Positions 50,501 through 62,500 of a DNA stretch of 64,000 nucleotides are shown here, piece by piece. A program made the position numbers and the translations under genes. A model generated the notes under the pieces. It made no database searches, was not told the DNA's origin, and worked only from the letters and a program-made list of their open reading frames with translations. Origin of the DNA: Raillietiella orientalis (taxonomy: Eukaryota). The stretch covers positions 1,116,001-1,180,000 of the forward strand of contig JAYWIR010000038.1 in assembly GCA_036172245.1 (NCBI GenBank), written 5' to 3'. Position 1 is the stretch's first letter. Each line of letters begins with the position of its first letter.

Positions 50501-53500
50501 CGGATTCGCTCGGGCACATCGGCAGCTCCAGAAGTGAGCGTGCAGGCGCGGGACGGGGGACGCCACGGGTGCCATGCCTCCCGGTGCGGACGCTTCCAGT
50601 GCCCCCGGCCGGCCGCACGCTCCTGTGGCAGCGGCGATTTGACCTCAGGGAGGAGAAGGACCACTCCGGGGCGCTCCGCGAACCAGGAAGGACGGGGGCA
50701 GGGAACTTCGCCGAAGAAAAGAGTAGGACCTCCTGAATCGCGGCGATGACCTCACGAGCGATCGCTCTGACCTCCCTCGGCCTCCCAACGTCCGTATTCG
50801 AGGTCGCAGTGAGCAGCTGCCACGGGCGACGTGGTCCCTTTCCAGTTCTGGGGAGAGCGAGGCGGAGAGAGGAGGGAAAAGAAGGAGCTTTGGGAGCGAG
50901 ATGACGTCAGACGATTTCCGCTTCCCTTCCTCTCGCTTCGCCCCCGGTTTCTGGAGGAGACTTTCAACCCCAAACAGACGGAAAGCGTCGGGAGGGCCGC
51001 GCGCCTTTGTTCCCAGGAGAGCGGAGGATCCCTTGGTGCCGCCTCCAAAAGACTCCCCCCTCTCCCGCTTTCCCCGCCCCCGGATCTCTCTCCTTCTTTT
51101 CACCTGGTGGACCTCCTGCCATCCCTGAAGGTCCTGGCACCCGATGACGGCGTGGTCGTGCAGGAGGGTCTCCGGGACGACGGAGTCCGTGATGTGCATG
51201 ACGCTGTAGTAGAGGGGGGTCAGCCCGCGGCTGTCGCGGTAGTTGGGGGAGGCGCCCAGGTCCAGCATGGTCTTCACCGCCTCGTAGTTGTTCCGCTCGA
51301 CCGCGCGGTGCAGGGCGGAGCTGCCGTCCTTGTTCCGGTAGTCCAATAGGGCGCCTCCGTTGACCAGGGCGACCAGGACACCCGGGCACTTCTTCAAGGA
51401 CGTGGACACGGACAAGGGCGTCTCTGGAAGGAGGAAAACGCATGTGAAAGGTCCTCTCCATTCTTCCGCTGGACCGCCAGCGGAGAAAGGGCGAGGTCGG
51501 CCCTGGTGGGAGGAGGGGGGGTTCTCATCGAGAAAACAGAGCTGCCCGCCCGCCATGCTTCCCGGTAGGAGGAGGGAGAGGGTTCCCATGCCCCAACAGC
51601 CCGATTCCCACCCACCCCACTCTCGAGAGGGAAGAATCACGCCCGGTTCCTTCCTCCCGGCTCCATACGATGAGCGTTCCTCCGGGAGCAAAGAGAAGGC
51701 CCGGCGAGTGCATCGCGCAGGAGAGCCAGCCGCCGTCCACCTTTCAGGAGGTAGCGATCCCTAGGCTCCTCGGGAAGACGCCTCGCGGAGGGCTAGCCGA
51801 TCCTTGGGAAGATCGATCGGCCACCTCGTTCGCTTCTTCGCGGATGAGATGCCACCGCTCCTTCGCCAGCGCCTCGAGTCCTTCGAGCTCCGGGATGCGC
51901 GCGGTCCCGTGCTGGCGGCACGAAGAGCGTCGAGGGCTTCGTCTCTTCCCGGGGGTCAGGTGCTCGCCGGTAGGGACACATTGCTGCGAGCGCCCGGTCA
52001 CGAAGGAGGAAAGACGTACCCTTCTTCTGCAGGCCCTTTTTTCGGCTGCAGATGCTCCGGGCAGAGGTGGTCCTTCGGACCGCCATGGAGGATCAAAGCG
52101 AATCCGTCCGAGGCGGTTTCCAAAGACGAGGATGCGGAGCGCGGGAGGGGTGAGTGCCTCCCACTGGGGTTTTCCGGGAGGGCGCAGGAAGCTGCCTATC
52201 CCTCCCGGAAGAGCAAGGAAGGGAGGGGGAGGGGACAGAACCACAGGTGCACCGCGAGCCGAGCCGGGCCGGAAGAGGATGCCGATCCAGGAAAAGCGCC
52301 CTCTTTCGCTCCCCTGCCGTGGACGCAGGGAACTTCTCTCCGCCTCTCCGTGTGGGATCTCCACGTCCGGGAACCGGAGGGAACGGATCCCTCCCCCCTC
52401 CAGGAGTTGCTCTGCCAGCCACTGGGCAGCCGGGGCAGAGGCTCGCATGAGGTCGGGGACTGCTGCGAGAGGAGAAGGATGCGGCCCCGGGCGCCTGCGC
52501 TGCCCTCCTGGCTCCGAACCGGGAAAGAGAGCGCCGGCGGCTCCAGCGAGATCTGCAACCGAGGCGCCGGGGAGGAGGAGGAAGGGAGGACGCGGGACCA
52601 TCTTTTGGAACCGGGATGCAAAGCGACCGCAACCTCGTTGGGGCCGCCGGGAATCACCACCTCGCTGGAGCTCTCGGAAACTTTTCCATCGGTGTCGCCT
52701 GCCAAGAACCTCCAGGCTGGCTCCTGGAGGAACCACATGGCTCCTGCGGAAGACCAACGGATCCCTTTCCTCCTTTCTTGCGCTGCTCAGCCGAAGAGGC
52801 GGAAGATCCGCTCCGTTCGTCTTCAGGATCGCCGGCGGATTCGATGCAAGGAGGAAGAAGGACGAGGCCGGCCCTCGTGTCGCGGGGGAGTTTCTTGTCG
52901 AGAGAGGACGCTGCTGCCGCCACGCCTCTCAGCTGGGAAAGGGGGGCAATCTGGAGGATGCCGGAAGCAGACGGATCCCCGTTCCAAGTCGCTGATACCC
53001 AGCTCGCCGGGCAGCTCCCCCTTGCTTTTTCCCATTCCGACACTTCGCTGCCGGCCTCGGTAGCTCGTCCGCGTCCTTCCTCTCCGGCAACCCCACCGAG
53101 GCAAGCGGCTTGTTCTTTCGCGCCCTCGCGCACGATGGATCGTTTCTGGAGGGAGCCCCCATAGAGCCTGCGGCTGACGAGCTCCGAGGGGCAGGGATTG
53201 CGGACTCGCCGACCCGCGCGGCGGTGCAACCACTGGGCGGGGTTCGAGACCAAGCGGCTCCTCCGAAGCCGAGAGGCCACACTCGGCGGCAGCCTTCCCA
53301 GGGGCGTGCCATCCTCCTTGAGCTGCGTAGCAGCCCTCGTTGGTTGCTCCGATTTCGCCAGATCCGAAAGAAGCGTGCAGTGCCACTCAAGGATGGGCGC
53401 GGCGAAAAGCGCCCTCCTCAAAAAGCCATTCCAGAAGAAGGAAAAGGGGAAACATTCGCGTAATCCCCCATGGCGCCTGCAGGACGGGAGTTCCAGGATT

Positions 53501-56500
53501 CCAGTCTGGGAAAAGGAATGGCTGAAGCGGCAGACGTCGGACTCCTGGTTTCCGAGTTAACCAAGAGGACTCAGAGCGAAAGTTCCCCGACAGAAAGCGA
53601 AATGCTGCCATCCCAGAAGTGCTGACGACCGTATCGGGATGAACGCCCTTGCGGATCGATCCGTGAGAAACGCCAGGAACCAGAAAAGTCCGCCGTGAAG
53701 CAGGGAAAGGCGAAGCGAGAAAAGCAGCAGGAAGCAGCAACATGGGCAGGGCGCACACAGCATCCCAAAGGACTGAAGGGAAGGCGGTCGGAAGCGAGGA
53801 CGGCCATCTGAAGACACCAAACACGGCGGGAAGGAACGAAGAAATCAGCGAGTGCGGGGAGGGGGGGAGAGGGGGACAGGAACGAGTGCCCTTCTCTGGC
53901 ACCGTTCTGACGAGAGTGATGTCATCACGAGAAAACGATTCCAGTTGCGAGCTGAAGTCGGGAAGCTGGTGATCACGCGGGAGACGTTTCGGGCGAAGCT
54001 CTTCGACTTCTTTCGGAGTCGTCGCCGAGGGCAAGAACCGAGGACACTCAGCCCCCGTTCACTCTTCCCGCTTTCGCGTTTCTTTGAGAGGCGACGGAAA
54101 GGGAAGTTGGCAAACTCCGATTGCACCGGCAGCCGGCCGACGCCTGCTGCTTCGAGGGAGACGTCGCGGTGGAAAGAGCGGTGTGGCATCCGCCGCGCGG
54201 AAGCATCGGGGAAGTTGATCCTCCAACTAGCAGCATCCCTCCCTTGGGAAGTCCCCGTTCCGTCTCTTCGACGCCTGCAAGCGCGGATTCGGGCGAAGCG
54301 GATGCTCTCGTGGAAGATGCTCGCAATCGCGCGCTCTTCAAGTGCTGCTTGAGGGAAGCATATTTTCTTCTTTCTTTTCTCTTTTATTCCTTTTTTTTTT
54401 TTTAAAAAAAAAAGGAAAACACACATTGCACGGAGGACCTCTGGTATTCAGGATCAACTGAGCCACACACAGAGGCTGTTCGCATCCGACCTCGCTGTGG
54501 CCCGACGGCGGCGTCTCCAGGCGAACTATCGCCTGATCCCTTCTGTGCGCACCGTCGCGACCCTCCTGCTCATCAGAACCCCCCGAAGGGGGAAACCTGA
54601 CGTATTCCAGCAGCAGAGCGCCCCAAGGCAGGGATGGATCGACTCCGGCGTTTGGGTGTGGTGGGCAGGGCACTTGAAGGCCACCCGTCTTCAGGGCCGT
54701 TTGCTCCGGCAGGCGAGTCGCTGCCGGCGCACCTTTGGCAGATCTCGATACGTCCGCGGTTGCCACCGTCCTATCTGTCGATGGAGGCTGGATCCGGGAT
54801 AAAACGCTGCAGCTTTTCGATTTTCTTCACCACAGCAACGTTCCTAATAACAGTGATTTTGGCTTTCGCCAAGGGATGCCTCTTAGATGCAGGATTTCCA
54901 GAAATTTCCCGGGCTCTTCAGCACTTCAGGAACTTGGTTTCGCTGGTTCCGCGCACATTTCAGTCAATTCCTCGTGGTGATAGTGAGTGGTTGAGGAGAG
55001 CATAAACCGATAAATAGAAAAAAGGCAGAATCGAGGGAGAATGTTGAAAAAAAAAAGGACGACTTTGGGTTCAAAAATAGGAGATGAGACTGAGATTTTG
55101 TTTCAAGTATGTTTCGCCCGAAAATCATGGAGAAGGGGGAAAAAGGTTACCTGTAGAAACGAAGTAAAACGGCTCTTGAGGTCGGAAGCGCAATAAATCA
55201 CGAGCTTCCAAGTCTGCATAAACAAATCAAGATAAACAGAACCTCGTCGCTTCCTGAACAAGGAACGCGGGAGCCAAAGCTGCAGCTCAGGCACAGCATC
55301 CGAGCTTTGTGATCATGAACTCGCTGCCGCTGGCAAGCGGCGGCTTGCAGACGCACGGTGGCTTTCTACTCTACTCCCATGCGCCTGCCTCGAAGGCCAC
55401 GCAAGACACCCAGCGAAGTGGAGCAGCAGCCACGCCGGCACGAGCCTGGCTGATGCGAGGGCTCTGAGGCAGGAGGCGGCAGCCCGCTTGCCTTCCCGCT
55501 AAGGTAGCCAGGGAGATGGGGGTATCCTGCCTGGGAATCGCAAGTGACGAAGGGAATTCGAGGGTTTCCCCCGTCGAGATCTCTCCCAGTGGGGGAGGGG
55601 GCAAGCAGAAAGCAGGAAGTATCCGTTGCTACCTCGCCCTCCCATGAGGGCGCGCGGGCATCGCTCGACATGCACGGAGACGGAGGAAGCGTTCTCGGTG
55701 GACTTCCAGCACATCGAGACGACGGCTCTCGGACACCAGGCGAGAGATGAGGCTCACGGACGAACCAGCTGAGCAGTGGGTGCACGCTAGCTGATAGCGA
55801 TTGCAGCCTCCTGCTGCATTCTCCGACGGGACCCTGCAGCTCTGATCAATAGGTCGCACAAGCAGAACAGAAAGGTCGGCCGAACTTTTGAAAGTCCGCT
55901 TGCCTTCCCGCTCAGGTAGCCAGGGAGACGGAGTATCCTGCCTGGGAAAACGCAACGGGCACTATTCAGCTGCTGGGTCGAATGGTGGGGGAGGCCACCA
56001 AGAAACTCGCACGGATCTCGAAGGAAAATCGTGGCACTGAGTGGCGGTCCGACAATGAGGGACGCCTTCCTGGTGAACTTGAGGTCCCTTTGGGGGATAG
56101 GGGCTGAATAGTAGTCCTTTACGAGTGCTGCTTCGCACAACCCGAACAAGCTTCCATAATAGCTCAGTGCAGCGATGCGTAGTACCAGCAACTCAACCCC
56201 AGCTCTTCAACCCTTCTGAGGGATGAACGTACGTTCTTTTTCCTAGCAAGGAAGACTGTGCCAGCTCGTCGGCCATTCGGTGGTAAGAGAGAAAGTCTGT
56301 GTCGTCTCTTTCCAGCATCCTCCTTTCCAGCGTTGCTCCAGGGTTTTTTTTCTGTTCGAGTTGTTTTCCACGGGAGCTTCACGAGAGGAGCTCGGCGCCA
56401 GAAGGGGAGAGGCGAGCCTTGATGGATGGTCCAAAGGGAAGCGACACTCCTGCGTTCTCAAAACAAGAAGTTTCCCATTTGTCTTGTCTCTGAGGAATGG

Positions 56501-59500
56501 CTTTGTCGCCACGCGCGCGCACCCGATCCATCGGCCCCGGCCGTTCCCCTGTCTCCGGGGTGGGATCGATCCGCTGTCCAAGGGGTGTGCTGCAAACTCG
56601 GCTCCGAAGCATCGCCGATGCGGAGCAGGGAAGACGGCTGCATCCAACCTCGCCGAGGAGCTCCAACGAAACCTTCCACATCCATCATGTGGACAACGAT
56701 GCTCGCAGGTCCATCCAATTACGGCGCGGTGGCCCTTCATCTCACGACGCCCCGCATAGTCCTCCATTTCCAAGCGATTTGACCGTTCATTAAACGGCTG
56801 CTTCCCCGTCCGCTGGCGATGCTGGTGGCTTTCAGATCCAGCTTCCAGGCTTCCATCTCTCTCGGTGATGGATTTTTGAAGACTATGGCTCCTACCACAT
56901 GCCGCATGCTCTCTGATTTTTCACTCTCGTGTGGGCAGCACGCGCCACGTGCAGGAAAGGGTTTGTGCGTGCCGCGGCGTTTTCCGTGTCGCCTCCGACC
57001 TTCAGCATTCCACGAGCGGTTGCTGAAGCACCCCAGTTTCCTACCCTATTCTTTTCCTCTGATCTGCTCCAGAAGACTCTCTTTCTTTCAGAATCCGCTT
57101 CCTTTGTTTGCTCCCGAGGGGGCGTAGCCTGTTCAGGTGAACCTCACACGTGTCCGGAAGGGGGCCAGAATGTGGGGACGCTCCGTTTACTCAGAAAGAG
57201 GATGCGCCTGGCAGTTTCGTAGCAACGCGGGGCACAGCTCACTGCAAGGGGGGTGGCAAGTGGTGGTGAAGGTCACGCTGCCAGTGCCGGTATCGGTGGC
57301 ATCCGCTAGTGGATGGGATGCTTCCTGCGAGCAACTTAGCGCCCACGACATCATGGACGGATGCAGGGTCCAAAAACTCAGAGAGATTCATTCGGACGAC
57401 CGAATCGCAGAAAAAAAAAAAAAAGAGATTTTCGATCCTGTGGAGACACGAAGATGAGGACACCATGACGTCGCCCGTTTCGGAGAGGCGTATGGGATGC
57501 CATGATGCCGAGAAGGCAAGGGCGCTCGTCAGAGAATTCGCCGAAGAGCAGGCAGCCGGAGAGCTTAGCCTGCGGAACCCGGAACTGCCGAGAGCCGCTC
57601 TCGGAATCTCGGCAGAAAGTGGCAAAAAATCGAGAGGAGCGAAGAAGAAAGGAAGGAAAGAGCCACGCCAGGTGAGCTTCCCGGAAGCACCTGCACTTTC
57701 GAAGCTTTCGGACCGGGCCACGGGCGGAAAGATAAAAACATGGGGAGGCGGGGAAGAAGTCGGCGCGCGGAGATGGTTAAATTCGGAAACAGCCGCTGCT
57801 CGGCGCGCGGCGGAGGGCCGGACGGGGCTGAACGGCGACCGACGTAGGGCTGGATCAGCGAAGCCGCTGGCGCGGACTCTTCAAAGACTCCCAAAGGATC
57901 GCGGTCAGGAGTTTCGGGAATCGCTCGAGCAGGAAAAGAACTGCCAGTGCACCGAACAGGATTCGGCGGCAACTGGGAGCTCTCGGCTGCCACGATAGCG
58001 ACCCGCAACCTCAGCCTCCCTCCGCTTCCTGCTTAGAAGGAGGATGCGCGAGAGGGAGCGGCAACCGAGAAATTCAAACCGATAAAATGGTGGAAGGGAA
58101 GGCAAAGGTGGATGCGGCTCCCCTGTTTCGCCTTTTGGTCTCAAGGAATCTGGACCGAGTTACATATTCGGGGAAGGCCACGGATTGATATTCCCGCAGC
58201 GGGAAAACACGGATCGGAAGCCGCCGCCCATTTGCGGAGGGATTTCACCTCTTCATCACGGGAAGACCATTTGGTTTGGGAGGAGGGGGAGGGAAGGGTT
58301 AGGGAGGACATGGGTGCATCCCACCCCAAGGCAATCAAATCCAGAAGAAAATGTTCCGTCAAGTCAGCGCAAGCATCGTAGAATGCAAGAAAAAAAAAAG
58401 TCCCTCCAAATCAGGTCAGAGAAACTCTTTGATCCCGTCCTCCTCCTCCTCCATGATCTGTGAAGGTCGCGAGTACAAGCGAAACAAACAAACATGCAAA
58501 AAGCACTCGCCGCTCGACAGGTCTCGTTTCCCGGGGAGACAGCGACGGGCCGTGCTCGACAAAGCAGCCCTGACGTCACCGAGCCTTCGTTGCTACACGT
58601 GACCCGTTCCTCGAGAGCGGCTGTGGTGCCAGGCGTGCTAAACAAACGCCTTCAGCGAACGGGTGCGACCTCCGCTACATTCGGAGAGCACGCGACGAGC
58701 CACTCGACGCGCGCTGGGATGGATGGAGAGGCACCTGTTCGGGAGTTTCAAGAACCTCCCTTGAGGAGAATCGGGCACCCTGATGCCTGCCCATCTCGGG
58801 GCCGCGACTGGTACCCTTGTTTCCCAGCCCGGCTTCCTCCGGCCATTGAGACCAATCGGGCGAACATGCCGAAGGAAGCACCTCCACGAGAGGGCGCGCG
58901 CTCAGCACCTGGACCGGACGAACTTAACCGTGCGCGCGTGCCTCTTCGACGGCACCCTTTTGCAGCAGGCGAGCAGGGACGCCGAGAAAGTCGATCGAAG
59001 GCGTCCTGTTGGCTTTTCTACTACTGTCTTTTTTTCTCGTCTGCGCCTCGAGCGTGTTCGCCGTCCGTTCTGTGCGCAGGAGTTGGCGGAAAGACCAGAA
59101 GATGATGACCGCCACATGCACTGACGGCCAACAAGGAAAACAAAACAAAAACCGAAGAATAAAGAAAAAAAAGTTGCCATTGAAGAAAAACAGGATCGTC
59201 CATTAGGAGATGCCTTTAGACGGATCAGAAGGCGCACCAGCTGGGAGCAGCTGTGCACCACTGGCACGGACCCCGTCCAAGATTGCAAGGCTCGGAGTCC
59301 TCATAAAGTTCGCATCCGAATGCGGTCCTGAGGACGCAACTGCAATCTTATAACACCGGGTGGAGGCCGACCGGTCGAGGCAAGAAAATCTAAGCAGCAC
59401 GAGGTCGCGGACAGCGACGGCCGTGACAGTAAGTCTCGGCTCATAAAGAGACGCTGTCAATGGCGCAAGGTGAGGCAGTGAGATGGTCCGGGGTCTTCAG

Positions 59501-62500
59501 AATCAGAGTCGCTCGCTGCAGCTTCTTTGGGAGCGGGGGAACTCGCAAGATTTGTTCGAAGGAGGAAGAGGGGGGGGGGGCGTAGGGAGGGTTGCAGACA
59601 AACCAGAGCCCTTTCTCCAGCCCCGCCTGGGGTCTTCCAAGCTGATGGAAGAGTTGGGTCCCTGCCGTGTGTCTCCCGCGAGAAAGACCAGATTTGAATT
59701 TAATGTTATAGTGAAAAATCAATAATGAATTTAAGGGATGAGAAGACCCTTTAGAACTAGTGTCTTAGAGAAATTGAAAGAGTGGCAGTAAGATGAGATT
59801 TCGATAGGACGTTGTCTGGGGCGGATGATGAAGAATTTATCTTCATGTTTTGGTAATTTTATATGGAATAATAGTGATCTTGAAATAAAGAAAAAGTTAC
59901 CTAAGGGATAACAGTTTTTCGGCTCGGCCGTTGATGGGAAAGAAACCTCTGGGCAGCCCGTCACGGGGTGTACAAACAGAGGCTTCGCATCGACGGAAAG
60001 AAGGCGAACAAAGAACCACCTCCTGAGGTTGTAGTCTGCACCAGAGAATCTGGTGCAGACTTCTCCTGAGGGAAGGGGGGTTCTAATGCACAAAGACGTC
60101 TGGATTCTTCTTGAAAGTCGAGGATGGGGGTGGGAGGAAATCCACCTCCCCTCTCTCCCACAGGCGAAGGGTACCAGAGGTGACTCCGCACGTGCGCATT
60201 GCGTGGACATGGGATGCCAATAGAAGCCATGTGAGCACGTGCAGCCTACGGTCGTCGAAGCTGTCCGGTGCCCGGATGAATGAAGGCAGAAGGATCGAAA
60301 TGGAGGATTGGAACGCCAGAGCGGAAGAAGACAAACTCGCAAAGGTGTCTTCCCCAACGGCACGCTGCGTCGCCAGCAGGCGGAAAATTTTGAAGGGGGG
60401 GGGGGGGGGAGGGTGAAAATGACATGAGTCGTAGCCACGGTCAGCTGCCGAGGAAAAGTGGGAAAGGTGCGTTTCGAGAGGGAAATCGCTCCGTCGGATC
60501 CGGCGGGACGGTGTGTCTCTGGTCTGCACACGCGCCAACTGCGTGGAGCGCCTCGGTATCTCGTCGCCGAAAGAATGGGTCCGACCACGGTTCCCACAAA
60601 AACACACCGGTCTTTCGCAACGCTCGAGCGCGCAGACCCTCGCTGCCGACCGCCGTCGAAACTCCGGTTGCTAAGATGCTCTGACGAAAGACGTTGGGCA
60701 CGCTGGGATGGATGGAAAGGACCAGAGCAGATAACGAGGACCGTTCCTAATCGCCTGATGCAAATGATGCTGTGGAGGTTTCGAGGAGACTAGGCACCGC
60801 ATCCGACGGGATCCACAGGGGCGCGGAAACCTTCCCGGTGGCCCCCTGCAGGTCGGGAATTCCAGAGGAACCCAAGCTTATAGGTGCGGTTGTTAGCCCG
60901 CATCTGTTCGGCTTTGAGATGGGTGGCCCCAAGCGGACCTGGGCGGGTTTCCTGCCTGCACCTTCAGAAGCGCTCGATCGGCGAGTTCCTGGCGATCAAA
61001 GAAGGGAACCCGCGCCCCCACGTCATATGTATTACATTATGCTTACGGGCACGTCATCGTCATCTGCGGTCGTACGCAACTTTTCCCTCCCTTAGCGCCC
61101 CCACGAGAAAATCGCGTACCTTCGCGCCTAGCTGACCACAAATCGTCGCCGATTAAAAGAGCGTACAGTGCGAAAACTGGATGGAATGTACCAGAACGAG
61201 CCCCGCGGACGGTTGCGAAATCTAGGCTAGAAAGCCCCTGAAGAAGAAAAGCAAAACTCGCCATCCACGTCATTAAAAGTTGCATGAAGACAATTGCGAG
61301 ATTTCAGCAGGGCCCGTTTCTGGCTGCGGATGGAATGCAGACAACATGTGCCTGATTCCCTAGGAGCTGCGGGAATCTGGAAGGCGACTTCTTTCCGCGA
61401 CAGCGGTGCCCCCCTTGGAACAAGTTCGCAGGCGCCCGCTGCGCGAGATCGGCCCCACGGCTGATTCCTAACACCGGGACCGCAATGGGGAGATTCTGTA
61501 AACAAAAAAAAAACTACGAAAAAGTGATGAGGTGGTGGCTGTCAACAAAACCACGCGTGAGGGTTGCGTGCGCACTTCCTGCTTCCCCCCCCCCCCCCCC
61601 ACACACACACACGCGCGCTCGTCCTCTTTGTCTGCGCACGGAGTCGATTTCGGGGCCGATCCGCATCGGGCACGATCCCTCAGGCAGACGGACTCTTGCT
61701 GCCCCGGCTCCACCTCACCGAAGTACTACAAACAGCGCTTAAATTACGCGTCGCAAAGTGGTAGAGGCTGCTCTCTCGGAATCTGCTTCCCGGAGGAGCC
61801 AATTAGCTCGTACACGTGGTCTGTTGCGTGCGTGGGGACGCCTAGACATCTGATGCAACCTGATGGAGGGCCCAAGGAGCGGGGAGGGGGGGAGGAAAGG
61901 GAGCATGAATACGTGGGTGTCCGTGCTGCGACTTCTCGAAACGCGATCTCAGTCTCCGAGGTTTCGGGTTTCCCGTTCATCGGAAATCTGTCGCTCGTTT
62001 CCACTGGCGACGGCTTCCAATCGCAGAGCTGGGACGCGCCCATAGCAAACGGTAACATCAAGCTTTTCAAATTCTCAGCTTCGTTTGCATGCCTTTGCTT
62101 GAAAGCAACCATTTCTTTCTTACAAGTGCTTGTCTCGTGCTTTATCTAACGGTTTATCAATCATTCCTTTTTTCTTTAAAGAAGAAAAAAAAACCCTGCA
62201 AATACGAACGTGCCTTTTTCGGCTGCATTTCCTTTCCATGGCACACGTCGTGCACGCGACGTCGCCAGAAAGGCTGGCCGCGATATTTACGGTAGTTCGC
62301 AGTGCTGACGCGAGATGGGGGAGGGGAAGATTCGGGTCTCCCGATTGCAGGCGCCATTCCGAGGGGTGATTAGCATCATCGAAGGGGGAGACAGGGAGGA
62401 GGGAAAGGAGCAGTTCGTTCTGCTACTCGAGAGAGCAGCGTGGTAAGACGGAGCTGCCGGCATGCTGCCGGCGAACCCCTGGCTGCGGAAAAAGGGGCGA

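Noticed and set aside
49017..53063. 443-, 441- and 419-aa plus-strand ORFs in SHANK introns
   Set aside because: Arg/Gly/Pro-rich translations of GC-rich DNA antisense to LINE relics; several frames are open at once
59960..60010. LLSVDAKPLF as a Penelope-type RT motif
   Set aside because: Equally compatible with LINE SLDAEKAF, and no GIY-YIG remnant was seen
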